DNA of 63,632 nt, counting the filler, from Reclinomonas americana ATCC 50394 (taxonomy: Eukaryota): assembly GCA_048213135.1 (NCBI GenBank). It is 9 parts of 5 records of this genome, joined end to end, with 100 filler letters (N's around TTAATTAATTAA, not from the genome) between each part and the next. Parts side by side here need not be neighbours in the genome. Positions count along the whole stretch, not along the records: positions 1 to 8,186 come from PS015631.1; positions 8,287 to 13,512 come from PS015631.1; positions 13,613 to 20,410 come from PS015632.1; 6 more parts are not named here. One strand, given 5' to 3'. The translations under genes were made by a program, and so were the position numbers. This document shows, piece by piece, positions 1 through 15,886 of the stretch. A model generated the notes under the pieces. The model saw only the letters and a list, made by a program, of their open reading frames with translations. It had not been told where the DNA came from and searched no databases. Position 1 is the stretch's first letter; each line of letters starts with the position of its first letter.

Positions 1-329
1 ATTAGGTCGACGACTTGTGTGAGGAACTGTGCGTGAGAGGTGAGAGAGGGAGAGAGAGAGAGACGCGAGGTTGACAGTTGAGCCTACCTGCTCACTCAAC
101 GCCTCCTGTGCTGGCCTCAGTCGCTCCTCTGGCCATGCATTCGAGCGTGCCAAGTCGGCAAACACTCGCGACAGTGGTGTCTCTGGTGCATACTGCTGAT
201 ACACGCCCAGTGCTGCATGCACACGCACATTGAGCACGCATTCATCCTCTCACGCCAGTCACTCACTCACGCACCACTTCCGCAGCTGAGGCACACCACC
301 ATCAACACAAGGAGAACCCGAGCGCGCAT
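1..329 (-). CDS. Partial secreted protein (5' exons; runs off the window start)
   Basis: ATG at 329(-). Exon 329-275 MRARVLLVLMVVCLSCGS (signal-peptide-like), GT-AG intron, exon ALGVYQQYAPETPLSRVFADLARSNAWPEERLRPAQEALSEQ, intron, FLTQVVDL. Intron phases are consistent. Confidence 0.6.
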
Positions 330-348
330 GTTTGCTATGAATGCAAAA

Positions 349-806
349 TTGGCGCCAAGTCCCGAGATGTCCCCTTGACGAGCGAGTGGAGAGAGTGGCC
401 ACGGCAGTTGCAACTCACTGTGCCATCTAGATGTACACACGAGAGTGGCTGTGTATCATGCAAGCGCAGCGGTTCCTGTGAGTCGCACAATATTTTGGCG
501 CCAAACTTCTCCCAGCGCGCGCGCTGAATGCACCTCTTCGCGTGAGCCCACGGTGTGCGACGTATACACATATGTGCATCCATGTCAACAGTGTATGTGC
601 GCACACTTACTCTGGCGTCTCCAAGCTGCCTCCATGGCCAACAAGCGACGTCGACGTCGACGCCATCGGAAAAATATGCGCACCCCTCCCCATGCTTATC
701 TCTCCTACACTCCACGCACCACCTCCCCGTACCACACTCGGCGTATTACACCACGCACCCTTTCCCATTCCACCACCTTCGCGTCCTCTCGATTTTTGGC
801 GCCAAA
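349..806. promoter_or_regulatory. Bidirectional promoter with three TTGGCGCCAA palindromes (E2F-like)
   Basis: TTGGCGCCAA at 349-358 and TTTGGCGCCAAA at 494-505 and 795-806, between divergent ATGs at 329 and 828. The latter two match the E2F consensus TTTSSCGC on both strands. Confidence 0.45.
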
Positions 807-827
807 TCCGTGTTTCCTTCCCATCAC

Positions 828-2576
828 ATGCGGCGCGTGGTGTTGTCACTGCTACTCGCCCTTGTCGCTCTCTCTGCGATCGCTGCTTGCTCAGCAACAC
901 CCTCGCACGTCTCCATCAACGCCAGTGGTGCGGTGCTGTTGCAGAGTCAACACGACGCTGACTCACCGCTCTTTGGTCACGGAGACTTGCACGATGCGGA
1001 GGAAGTGAACGAGGGCAACATGCACGAGTCACTGACAGCAGTGGCGACACGCTTGGGCGTGGCGCTCGGGTGGTCGGCCGACCGCGCAAACGGTGCACTG
1101 GCGTCGCTGCGTGCGCAGTGGGTGACGCAGTTGCAGCATGTGCTCGACAATGCCGAGTTGCTGCAAAAGGCGAGTGAGGGCGGTGAGGAGGACTCGCTGG
1201 TGTATCGCGCGCTGTTGCGTGAGGCGCAGCGAGTGGCGGTGGCTCGAGAGACGAGCAAGCGCACGGCGAGTGGTGCTGGCAGTGTGCTGCTGCGAGTGCC
1301 GTGGATTGACGAGTTCAATGTGGCGGGGAGGCCGGCGCTCAAGCTGCGACGCACGCTGACGCAGCCGTCGTTCCTGATGGCGGCCATGCCGTATGCACGG
1401 CCCCACAAGGTAGAGTGTGGAGAGAGGGGCAGAAAGCATGACGCGAGAGGAGACTGACTCGGAGCTGCGTGTGCAGTCGGTGCTGGACAGCGGTGTGTGG
1501 GCGCAGACGGAGACCGCCATTCTGCAGCGCCTGTTCAATCGCGAGTGCTCAAAGCCGACGGCCTCGGGCGAGCGCCCGCTCGTGATTGACGCTGGAGTTG
1601 CGCTTTTTGCTTGCTTCGCACAGCTGTCTTGTCAGCTCACTGCGTGTCGTCGCAGGCCCTGGCCGGCTACTTCACCGTCTTGGCGGCCAAGGCTGGATGC
1701 CGCGTGATGATGTTCGAGCCGCGTCAGCTGCCGCTGCTGGTGGCCAAGATCAATGTGGACATTAATCGCGTGGCCGACCGCGTCACGGTGCACAAGGACT
1801 TGCTGTCGAACGAGACGGCGGATTCGGGGGTTTGCACGAATGCGCTCTGTTGTGCCGTGGCTTCCACTCTAAACAGAATCGGTGTGCTGCAGAAACCGCA
1901 GAGCGGCGACACCATCACCTCCACACTGCGTCTCGACAAGGTGGTGCACGAAGACATTTTGCTGGTTGCGTTGCAGGTGGCTGCCGACTGTGGGGTGGTT
2001 TCAATCTGTCGCTGATTGCCGTGTTGTGACACAGGCCCGGTTCACCATCGGACTGCATGTTGTCGGTGCGCTGGAGGGCATGCGAGGCATCTTTGAGAAG
2101 CACACGGTGCACAACATGATCATCAGTGTCGCCGACGTTGCGTGGCAGTGGCGTGGTGGTGCTGCTCCTGCCAGTCACTCAAAAGGGGTGCGAACTTGCA
2201 GGACGATGGCGAGGCTCGACAAGTGGCATTCAAACGCATGTGGGAGCTCATGTCGCAACAGGGCCCGGTGCGTGGTGTCAACTTCCGGGAGCAGGTGTAC
2301 TCGAAACTGGCGCCTGGTTACAATTTTGACGCCAAGAATCAGTGCAACGTTGCGTGTGTCGTCGCTTTTTTTTTTTTTTTGCAGAGTCACCTGCTCACGA
2401 CTCTTCTTTTGCAGGTGGTGGAAGTCGACGGCGATTCCACGCCCACCCAAGACGACATTTGGGTGACGCACGACGTGGGGGAGATCTCCCGGCTGCAAAA
2501 GCCAAAGACGCAATTGCCGGCGGGTGAGGCGGTGGACGCGAATCCAGAATGCGGCTTTATGAAGCGATGGGAGTGA
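828..2576 (+). CDS. Secreted FkbM-family SAM-dependent methyltransferase-like protein (spliced)
   Basis: Signal peptide MRRVVLSLLLALVALSAIAACSA. Introns 1410-1476, 1597-1655, 1830-1892, 1965-2034, 2137-2201 and 2349-2414 give VIDAGALAGYFTVLAAKAGCRVMMFEP...LRLDKVVHEDILLARF...VGALEGM, matching FkbM motifs. The 3' end is uncertain. Confidence 0.7.
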
Positions 2577-2599
2577 AAGCGAACACACAGCAAGGAGTT

Positions 2600-3601
2600 G
2601 AGGCAAGGGAGGAGGAGGAAGTGCAGAGAGAGCGGCGGCACTAGATGCAGCACTGTCGCCCTCGTCGCCGCCGCCGAGACGGAGCACCGTGTCGAGCTGT
2701 GCGTGCTCGTGGTACAGCAGATGCAGCTGGCGAGGCTCGCCGGCGCCGCGGCTGGCTCCTCCGGGTGTCACTGCACACAATGCGAAGCAGGGCTAGTCGC
2801 ACCGAGCAGCCGCACTCGGATGTGCACGCCAGTCGGCCCCGCCAGTGATGATAGCAGAGGCCACCACGGCACTGGGGCTGCCCTCCTGCAGCGGGTCGGT
2901 GGCCACCACGCGGGCTTTGTAGCCGTCCGTGGCTGTGTGGACCCGTGGCGTGTGTGAGCCGGAATGGAAGGTTGTGCATGCATGATGCACCAAAACGCAA
3001 CGAGCTGCCGAGATGTGGCGTTACTTGCAGTCCGCAACCTGCTGATGTGTGCTTACGGGAGCAGGCACGACAACAACAACAGTTCATTCACCAACCAACA
3101 GGCAACAGCTGTCTTGATGACCAAGTTCAACCGTATCCAAAACATCGACACAGACACCAATCTTGAGGCAGCAGCAGGTTCCTTGTGTTCGAATTTGCTC
3201 TCGAGCTCGCATCCGAACAAGTCAAGAACTGCGATCTTCACCGCAAAAGCGTGGTTGGCCAGTGGATTTGACGCATTTGCATGCAGACAGACATCGTTTT
3301 CTGCGATCGTACACGGCACATCGAAATCGGGAAAGGCCATAGCCAGGCAAACAAAGCAAAGCCGTGTCCGGATCCGAGAAGCAAGCAGAGCAAAAAACAG
3401 TGGTGGTGTCGTAGTTGGTGGCGTGGTTGAAACAGAAGAGAGCATGTCATGTTGTTGGGAAGGATCATGTCGGTGGTGGCGTGGGCAGGTGGGCGTCGAC
3501 GCGAATTCGATTTCCGGATCCGGATCCGCGCAGATGACACGCTCGACCACGGTCTGGGAGTATCCAACAAAGGGGCATGCAGACATATTCGCCCTACGCA
3601 T
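2600..3601 (-). CDS. Possible spliced hypothetical gene or pseudogene
   Basis: GC3-rich minus frames (TDGYKARVVATDPLQEG..., GEPRQLHLLYHEHAQLDTVLRL), minus-strand acceptors tgtgtgcag and cacag, and ORF 3053-3601. I could not join the exons into one clean ORF. Confidence 0.25.
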
Positions 3602-3913
3602 CCAGTTGAATGTTGACCTGAGGCTGGTACCCGAAGGAATTCGAAAGCCCGGTGCCTGCGAATAATATTGGTATATATGGATTGACTGCGTGTCTTTTTC
3701 GAGGCTCTTCCCGTTCAGCTAAACGTGCAGGATCCCGCTTCGCACTGTGCACCTCATCGCTCACGGTCTCCATCAACGCACAATGCTTCGCCACGAAAAA
3801 TGCGGGAACGCGAACCAACCGACCAGAGAGTCAATTTTGAGTTGTCCCTGAGCGTCGCCCCGCAGAAAGCACAGATCGCGTGCAGTCAATCGTATCATCT
3901 TTTTGCAGCACAC

Positions 3914-6323
<2,410 letters not shown>

Positions 6324-6713
6324 AATACGGGTTTTAAATCACGCCATCGCCACGCAAAAAAAATTACTGCGCTGCGATCGTCGTCAGCTGTGAGGCGGTC
6401 ACGCCCTGCCAGCCTCCGCCCCTTTCTCAACAAGTGTGCGGCTTCCACGCCGATTCTATGGCACGGTCCAGCGAGGTCGAGTTGCACGTGGTGGCGCATT
6501 TTGACTTCTTCCCCGGCAGGACTTGTCAAGGGTTGACCGGACGGGTCGTGTCGCATTGAGAATTGCCTACCATCCAAACACACGCCACTTTTCTGCGCTT
6601 GTGCTGAGCAATCACCACCACCACCACCACCACCTTCCCCTCAACCACTACCTTCACCACTCCAATCCCCGCCTCCGAGCTCCCCTCTAACACACACACA
6701 ATCCGAAATAATA

Positions 6714-8064
6714 ATGCGTGGCTACGTGTCCCCCAACCACCGCGGCCATGGCCACTCGCCCGTGTCCGCCAACCGCTGCAAGGGCCCATCGGTGAGTACC
6801 TGCGCTCCTCCTCCTCCTCTTCCTCCTTCTCCTTTGTCGGGAGCTAAATGGCGTGCGGTTGACAGCCACCGGAATCAGCGCTGTACGAGTGGCGCGTCGC
6901 CTACCTGGAACCATACTTGACGACGCGCTTTGTCGATGTGCTGCCTGAGCAGGCAGAGTACTGCGCGTGGTACCACTCGCTGTGCGCCGATGAACGCCTG
7001 GCGGTGTTCTGCACCAAGGACGAGCGAAACACCAAGCACCGCAAGGTTTGTTGGTGTGCGTGTCCCGTTTGCCGGGTTGGCGTATTTCGTCTGACTTGTT
7101 GTGATTTGGCGTTGGCAGGGTGGCAAGGAAAAGATGATGAGAGTACAGCTGCGCGTGGTGCTCGAGACGCTGCTGAACAACCAGGAAAAAGGCATTGAGC
7201 GACCCGACGACATCGAGCGCTGGTTCTTCTCGGATCGCTTCTGGAAGTCGCTGATGGACGACTTGAGCTACGACTACGACCGCCGCTTCTACGATGTTAT
7301 TGAGGTGTGTGGTGAGATGCAGACAGTGGCGCTTGATCGTGTGTGTGAGTGTGTGTGCGTGTGTGGCTGACTCATGTGTATATGTGCAGCACGCTGAAAT
7401 CGCACTGTTTGCCAAGGATCACTTCCTGCACAAGGACGTGGAGCTCCGGCTGCGCAAGACGCCGTCGAAGAAGACGAGATCGCCACCGGCCTCGCCACCG
7501 CGAGCGACCAGCAGCGGTGTCGAGTACCTGGGCACCCACACGACGACGGTGCAGATGTACAGTGTGCAGACCACCTGCTGCATGATGCCGAAGACCGAGT
7601 TCCCGTCGGTGGAATCGGCGCATGGTGGAGCCGGTCACTTGATCGTACCCACCCTCCTCCACACCGCTGGACAACACACAGCGCCGGCTGTCACCCACAG
7701 CTACACACCGACGCCGTACATTACCCCGACGGGCGTGCCCGGCTACAAGATGCCGCCGCCAGCCCTGCCGCCGATCATGGCGCCGGCACCTGCTGCCCCC
7801 AGCGCGCCCTCTGTCTTCTCGTCTGCGCCCTCTTCGTACTGCGGCAGCTCGTCGATGTACGGGGAAGACCAGCAGACAGGCAGTTTCCCGCTGCAGTCGG
7901 TCGTCAGTGCGCTGAACTTGTTCGTGCCCAAGTCGGAACCCGAGGGCACCATCACGTGGGCCACACGCGTGGCCGCGTTTCCCGACCCCGAAGCCGATGA
8001 CTTGGTGTCCTCAGTGATGTCTGCCGAGCCCACATTTCTCGGCTCGATGTGGGGCCAAGACTGA
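6714..8064 (+). CDS. Hypothetical protein, 4 exons, Pro/Ser-rich C-terminus
   Basis: Exons join in frame through GT-AG introns: ..KGPS|PPESALYEWRVAYLEPYLTTRFVDV..KHRK|GGKEKMMRVQ..YDVIE|HAEIALF..WGQD*. Confidence 0.7.
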
Positions 8065-8294
8065 GAGACACACAGACTTGTGCTAATACCAAAAAATGTA
8101 ATCCAATCAAAAAAAAAACCAACAACAAGAGACAAGAAGACAACCTTGTGTACTTTGAACAGATTCTCTCACACACGACAACTATCNNNNNNNNNNNNNN
8201 NNNNNNNNNNNNNNNNNNNNNNNNNNNNNNTTAATTAATTAANNNNNNNNNNNNNNNNNNNNNNNNNNNNNNNNNNNNNNNNNNNNACGACGAC

Positions 8295-8351
<57 letters not shown>

Positions 8352-8353
<2 letters not shown>

Positions 8354-11300
8354 GCTTCACATCGCCATTCGTAAAGTACACGACTGCGCGACCCGACGCG
8401 CGTGTCTCCTTCCTCGTACCGTTCGGGTACGACACGACCTTTCTGCCGCTGGCAAACACCTGGCGATCCGTGGATCAATACCGAAGCAGCACAAGAGCCC
8501 CACCACCATGCACACCACCATGCACACCTGCTCTTCCTTTCCGTCCTCGTACGTGCACTCGTCGACGAGCTCATCTTCCGCGTCACTGCCGTCCGTGTGG
8601 AACCCATCATCCTCTTCGGCGTCCACTGTCCACTCCGACAGGTCCACTGGCTCCACATTGCGGTAGGCAGTCGAGCGTCCACCATGCGGATGCCCATTGG
8701 TTGCGGAATTCGAAACTCTTGACGGCCTTTGCCACAAGAGAAAGCACATGAGCAAGCACATCACACACGAATACATACACACACACACAGTCGCAACTGT
8801 GACTGCTGGGAAGAGACCGTGCGAGGCCGGCGACTGCTTGCCACATCGTCCTCGTCCTCATCCGAGTCGACATCACCGTCGCGAGAGCTCACCGGCGGTC
8901 GGCGACTGCCACGATACAACACTCCCTCGTCATCATCATCATCATCATCATCATCGCCGTCATCATCGGTGTCGTCTCTCCCATCGTCAAATGCATCGTC
9001 GCTGTGGAACTGCCGCGGTCTCCTCTGCGGTACTGCATCGAACTCGACAGCCCTTCGCACGCCGTTTGAACTCGCAGCGGCAGGCAACGACGACGGTGGC
9101 GACACGGGGTGCGTGTCGGTAGTGCTGTGATGATGCTGTCGACTGACCACCACCGGCACACCAATCCGCGACGATGCACGTGGCTCGCCAGTGGCAAACA
9201 GCTGCTCATCCGTCTGCACGATTCGCTGCGTCTCCAACAGCGCAATCTCCTGTCGCAGTTCGTCGTTTTCCTGCAATCACACACCAATGGTCATCATGAC
9301 TGTACGTCCACGAAGCGCGCACAGCTGCCAGCCAGCACACACCGTTTTCAGTTCGACTAGTCGTTGATTGAGGCGAGCAATCTGTCGTCGAGCACGATTG
9401 AGCGCATAAGTGGCACGACAATGCAAGCACAAGGAGACGCCAAACCTCGGCCTTGGATTTGATTGTGTGGCCCTTGTGCTTCTTCTCCAACTCTCGCAGC
9501 TCGATCTTGAGCAGCTCATTCTCCTCACGCTCCCTGCCAACTGACGTGTAAGCGCCGCTACAAAAGGGGAGCTTTGTCACCAAAAAAATGGCGCAACTTG
9601 CGACTGCCGATGCCAGCATTCGAGCGCGCCTGCCGATCCACCACACGCTTCTCGCGTTTCAGCTTGCGCAGCTCCTCCTCCTTGTACTCGTCGAATTTGC
9701 GCCGTTCTTCATCCATCTGGATGGCCCAGTTGCGCTGCACGTACGCCCGTGAGACCAACGAGTGAGAGCGACGGAAAAGGCGATGTGATGAATGGCCGCA
9801 CCCGCTCTTCCTCCAGCTTGCGCCATTCAAACTCGCGCTCACGTCGCGTCTTGGCCATTCGTTCGATCTCGTTCTTGTACGACTGAATCTCGGCCTCCAG
9901 CTCCTGTACACAAGGATCAGCATTCGCAGCAAATGGACGAACGGGAAGAGCTGCCGCTGCGGCGAAACACACACACACACCTTGATCTTGGTGTCCACTT
10001 GGTAGAGGTGTGGCATGCTCGAGTATGTTTCACGCAATCGGTCGGGAACGACAACCGGGTCGCGCGTTTCCGTGGCCACTGCGGACAACCGGTCTGAGAA
10101 GGAGGATTACGCACGTGAGAGACGAGAGAGGTATGTCGAGGCGAGCGAGATACAAGCGCACCCATGGTATTGTTCTGTCGCACAGAGGGCGGTGGCTGCA
10201 CAACTGGCGTCGGTTTCCGCTTGCGGCCAGCCCCCGTAAAGTATCTACACGTTGGTGCATGAGAACACAGAGAGACACAAGGAGTTCCCCCTTCCGACCT
10301 CCCATCTTGCTGCAAACGCACCGCTTCACCAGGTCGGATTGTGGAACTGGACCCACATCGGCCTCCTGCGTCGCAGAGGTGGGGAGAGTCAGCGCGAATC
10401 AAAAACATGACAGCTGTATGACAACGGCGCAACTCGAGTGTCCTCTTTCTTCTTGGCGTACGACGCCGAATAGCTGCCACAATAAAAGGAGACAAACTCT
10501 GCATGTGAGGACATGACGACGATGATGATTGTGCTGTCGCGCTGTGGACACACCCTGCCACATCAACGTCCGCAATGCTCGACACCGGCTGTCCCGACCA
10601 CGGTTGTGCGTCATCGAATTCGTTGGAAGCACTCAGCGCCGCGTCGCCAGCCTGCTCAATATTTTCACATGAGCGTTCCCCGCCACAACACAACCAGCGC
10701 TCCAGTGATACTCACCGAGCGCACTCGCTGGTGCTGCACCTGCTGGGCACGACGCTCGTTGGCCTTGCGGTTCTGCTCCGCATTGCGAATAATCTCCTCC
10801 AACTCGGCGTCGATGGACTCGCGCACCAGCGGGCCGCTCACCCCCGGCGACGACGAAGACGATGCACCACCACCACCGCCGCCGCCACCCCCAGTGCGCA
10901 TCGACGATGATCCACCAGAGCGCTGCGGTGTGTGGCCCTTGTCGAGATCGAACTTGACGGCGGCCTCCAGTCGCTCAAATTCCATCAGGACCTGCAGCAT
11001 CAGCGAGGGTAAGTCGTTGTCGAGGTCAGAGCAACGCCAATGTGCGTGTGCGTGTGCGATCATTCACCTGGCTATCGCCGCTCTCGCGAACGGCACTTGC
11101 GCGCAGTGTCTGGTCCAGCGCCCGTGCCGAGTGCCTCAACGAGGCCTCCAAGTACGGGTCACGGAAGTCGGCCAGGTGCGGCAGGTCCGGGTCTTCGTTC
11201 GACACTATCGGCTTCGGCGCGTCATTGTCCACCGGCAGGATGTCGGAGCGTGGTTTCTTGGCGTACAGACTCGGTTGCGGAGAGGGCGACTGCGTGAATC

Positions 11301-13143
11301 GGCGGATGAGAGGGGGGACAGCACGACACGGGGAGGGAAAATGCTCTAAACGAGTAGAGACCTGCTTCTGCCGAGCGCGCTCGGCGACGGACGGTAGGTG
11401 CAGCCGAGACGGTGTGCGCCGTGGCGAGGGTGATCGTACACGCGTTGAATTGTACAGATGATCGAACTGCGAAGTGCGGGTGCCCTTGCGCAGGAACTGC
11501 CGCGGGCCTGATGCGGACCTGGAGTCACCGTCGTCGTTGCCTGGTGACGCCGCCACCGGCGCCTTCTCCGATGACCTTCTCTGCGGCGACTGTCATCCCC
11601 CACTCGTCAGAAAGAATTAGTGCACATGAAAGGTCACGAATGGCACCCACCTCACTCCGCGCTCTGTGTCGACTGGGCGACGGCTGCTTGCCACCTTCCG
11701 CAGGAGCTCGTCCCCCGCCACTCGCCCCACCTCCAGCGGAGGCGGCGGCGGCAGCAGCAGCTGCAGATGCAGGGGGACGAGTGCGGGTGGCACTCTGCGG
11801 TCTCTTGGAAGCCGGCTGCTCGGTCCGCTGTTTTCGCTGACTGGCGTAACTGCTGCAGGCGTCACCAGTGAGGAAAAGGTGTCGAACAAAGAGGAAGGTG
11901 CGAGAGCACACACACTCAAAAATAAACACCTGCGAGAGCTAGAATCTCCAGCCATCGGCTCAGCGAATTTGCTGTCGGGCGACGGCACCTCATGATTCGC
12001 CTCCGACTTGGGTGGCGTTCTGGACCGAGTCGGCGTTTTGCGAGCCGCACTGGCCAGCACAGGCGGCGCCTTGCGCGGACCGTCACTCACGGGCACGATA
12101 AAGGCCTCCGCTGCGGCTGAGGCCGCCGCCGCCGACCGCTTGTGCATGGTGGCCGAGGGTGGCGTGGAAGCGGCAGCCACCGCGGCGACCGCCGACAGCG
12201 GAGCCGTCGCCGGCACCGTTGTCGTGATGGATGGCAGCTCTTCGCCACCGCCAAAGGAGCTCCGCGGGTCCGACGGTGGGGGCGAGAAGGGAATCTGTGG
12301 AGCGGGAGAGAGTGCGTGTGAGAGAGGACGAAGTGAAGCCACATCCTGCGACGCGCACGCAACTCCATCATCCTGCTCGTGATTGTGCATCGGTGGCGGT
12401 CGCGCATGCGTCTGCCGCTGATGCAACAACGCAAACACATCGCCACCGCGCTCCGCCTCGCGCAGCTGCGCATCGACCAGACTCTCAATATCCTCCGTTT
12501 GCTTGGATGACACCGACGGCAACTCGTCGTCGTCGTCATCATCATCGTCGTCGTCATCGTCGTCATCATCAGCGCGATGACGACGAGGGGGCGGCTTCCC
12601 GTTCGCGCTTCTCGACCCTGCTCTTCTCGTCAGCAACAACAGCGCGCACCCACTGCATCCAATAAAACACACACCATCACCGAGCGACTCAAGGAACCGC
12701 AGCGCGCTCTCCACATGCGTGTCGCTCCACCCACTGCCCACATCTTCCTCCTCCTCATCGTCCTCCTCGTCGTCGTGCATCGCCGCAACTCCCCTTCCCG
12801 CAGCCGAACGCCGCTGCGCCTCCTCCGTCTCAAAGTCAAACACATTCAACGCTCCTTCCTCCTCCTCCTCCTCCTCTTCTTCATCCTCGTGATCATCAAC
12901 TCCCCCACGATGCGACGCATACGTGGCCAGCGTCGACTGCGCATGATGATACAAGCCATCATCGCGCGGTGACTCGGGCGGTGTCGGTTCCATCTCATGC
13001 GGCTGTGCATAGCTCGACCCGCCTCCGCCATATGACGGCGACTCGGGTGGCGGCGGTTGCTGTTGCTGACGTGCGCGCAGCATGTGCAGACGCTCCATGT
13101 TCTCGCGTCGTTGCCGCTCAATGTGTCGCTGCAGCTCGTCCAT
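8352..13143 (-). CDS. CENPJ: Centriole protein SAS-4/CENPJ (TCP10 C-terminal domain), 3' end lost in gap
   Basis: Coiled coil EEERRKFDEYKEEELRKLKREKRVVDRQAR..RKEREENELLK..ENDELRQEI, followed by G-box repeats YEDGKEEQVFASGRKVVSYPNGTRKETRASGRAVVYFTNGDVKQ. Confidence 0.85.
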
Positions 13144-13269
13144 GCTGCTGCTGACGTGCCCACCGCGGTCGTCGCTGGCAGAGAGAGAAGGGAAAGAGAA
13201 AGTGAGAGATTAGGCGACGCCTACACACGCCTTATCTATGTGTATGCGTGTGCGTGACGCATGAGTGTG

Positions 13270-13512
<243 letters not shown>

Positions 13513-13691
13513 NNNNNNNNNNNNNNNNNNNNNNNNNNNNNNNNNNNNNNNNNNNNTTAATTAATTAANNNNNNNNNNNNNNNNNNNNNNNNNNNNNNNN
13601 NNNNNNNNNNNNACGTAAGTACGTACGTACGACAGACCGTCCTACTCACTCTCTCTACTCACTCACTCACTCTCTCTCTCTCTCTCACTCA

Positions 13692-13754
<63 letters not shown>

Positions 13755-14269
13755 ACACTCTCTCTCTCACTCACACACACACACACACACACTGCACTGT
13801 GCCGCTCACACACTCGTTGTGCAGAGACTCACCGTGGACTCTCTGCCTCCAACATGGCAAACGCGCGGTCGGCGCCTCCACTCATCCCACACACACGACT
13901 AAGACAAACTGAGAGCGAGTGAGCAAAGGGCGGGAAGGTGATTTGCAAATTATGTCGGAAGTGGAGCGCAGGCACTTTTCGCCGCACTCATCGCGGCGTT
14001 ATCAACAGCATTTTCATCTGCGCAGTAGCAGTAACAGCAGTGATGATGTCGGGCATGTGATTAACAATGATGATGATGATTTGGGGGTTCGTCGTCAAAG
14101 TGTCGGTGGTGATGGTGGTGGCATGCGGTGCTGTTGTTGTCGATGGAGTGGAGGGCGAGTGGTGTGTGCGAGTGTGCGGGTCGTGCTCAAGGTCGTGATG
14201 GTGTGGGTGGTCAGTGGTGCAGGTGAGACGAGTGGGGAAGGGAGGACAGGCAGCTCTTGCTTTCATTCG

Positions 14270-15130
14270 CTGCTGCATCGTGAACCGTGTTCCACTGGTT
14301 GTTCTACTCCCTTTGCCTTCTTCATCCCTTCGCTGTGTGATTTCTCTGCATCGTGCATTGCTGTTCAGCCTTCTGGCCTGTCTTCGGTGCATGAGAGTGC
14401 TGCGTCGTGCACCATGTTGCACTGGCTGTTCTACTCCCTTTGCCTTCCTTCCTTCGCCATGTGACTTCTCTGCATCGTGCACTGCTGTTCACGCCTTCTG
14501 GCCTGTCTTCGCTGCATGACTCTGCTGCGTCGTGAACCGTGTTCCACTGGTTGTTCTACTCCCTTTGCCTTCTTCCTGCCTTCGCCATGTGACTTCTCTG
14601 CATCGTGCATTGCTGTTCACGCCTTCTTGCCTGCCTTCGCTGCATGACTTTGCTGCGTCGTGAACCGTGTTCCACTGGTTGTTCTACTCCCTTTGCCTTC
14701 TTCCTGCCTTCGCCATGTGACTTCTCTGCATCGTGCATTGCTGTTCACGCCTTCTTGCCTGTCTTCGCTGCATGACTCTGCTGCGTCGTGAACCGTGTTG
14801 CACTGGGTGTCCTACTCCCTTTGCCTTCTCCATCCCTTCGCTGTGTGACTTCTCTGCATCGTGCATTGCTGTTCACGCCTTCTTGCCTGTCTTCGCTGCA
14901 TGACTCTGCCGCGTCGTGAACCGTGTTGCACTTGTTGTTCTACTCCCTTTGCCTTCTTCCTTCCTTCGCCATGTGACTTCTCTTCATCGTGCATTGCTGT
15001 TCACGCCTTCTGGCCTGTCTTCGCTGCATGAGAGTGCTGCGTCGTGCACCATGTTGCACTGGCTGTTCTACTCCCTTTGCCTTCTTCCTTCCTTCGCCAG
15101 GTGACTTCTCTGCATCGTGCATTGCTGTGC
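14270..15130. repeat. Tandem minisatellite, about 128-bp unit, about 6.5-7 copies
   Basis: Unit ..ccgtgttccactggttgttctactccctttgccttcttcctgccttcgccatgtgacttctctgcatcgtgcattgctgttcacgcc.. The ORF track shows near-identical peptides offset by 128 nt (14738, 14866, 14994, 15122). Confidence 0.9.
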
Positions 15131-15261
15131 GCTGGATTCTGTCTGGTTTGTGTTCCCTCTGGACATCCTTCGCTGCATGACTATGCGTCTATGCACCGGA
15201 AGCTGTCTTGCATTGCATTCATTCCCCGTCACTCCTTTTCTCCTTTGCTGCCTGCTTCCTC

Positions 15262-15625
15262 CAGCATGTGATGCACTGGCCACATCTGCATCTGGTTCCT
15301 TCGATTACGTTCTTCCCTTCTCGACCTGTGACCTGTCACGCACATTGCTGTGCACCGGATGCTGTGTTCCTGCGTTCTTTCCCTCGTTCTTCTCCCCCTC
15401 GCTGCATGCTCCCTGCAGCATGTGATGCACTGGCCACTTCTGCATGTGGTTCCTTCGATTACGTTCTTCCCTCCTTCTTCCCGCTCGCTCTTGTCCCTTT
15501 GCTGCAGCATGTGATGCACTGGCCACTTCTGCATGTGGTTCCTTCGATTACGTTCTTCCCTCCTTCTCCCCCCTCGCTCTTGTCCCTTTCCCGCAGCATG
15601 TGATGCACTGATCACTTCTGCATCG
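15262..15625. repeat. Second tandem repeat, 89-bp unit
   Basis: cagcatgtgatgcactggccacttctgcat core at 15262, 15416, 15505 and 15594. Confidence 0.85.
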
Positions 15626-15886
15626 CGTGCCTTTCACGTGACATCTTTGCACGTGCTGGATCCGTCTCGGTGGTCATTCCTGCTGAGTGTCCGTGTCTAT
15701 TCTCTCTCCCTCTCACTCATATTACACACACTCATCCCCTCCACTCTCTCGCAGTGTTCCTCACATGGTCGCGTTTGATCGACCCCGTTGGCCGGTGGTG
15801 GAGCCGAGACATGGGTTGCGTTCCTCTCGCCCTCTCCCTCCCTTTTTTCCCCTCCCGCAGCACTCATCACGGCTCCTTGTCCCCAT

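Noticed and set aside
3000..3050. In-frame TAA in a possible minus-strand exon suggesting stop-codon reassignment
   Set aside because: TAA (AsnRS, NCAPG), TAG (TBCE) and TGA (NAA20) all terminate conserved genes, and the conserved exons I reconstructed contain no internal stops.
14270..15625. CRISPR-like array, or repeated small ORFs MHDAEKSHGEG
   Set aside because: Units repeat along their whole length with no unique spacers, the 128-bp period is not a multiple of 3, and there are no cas genes in this eukaryotic context.
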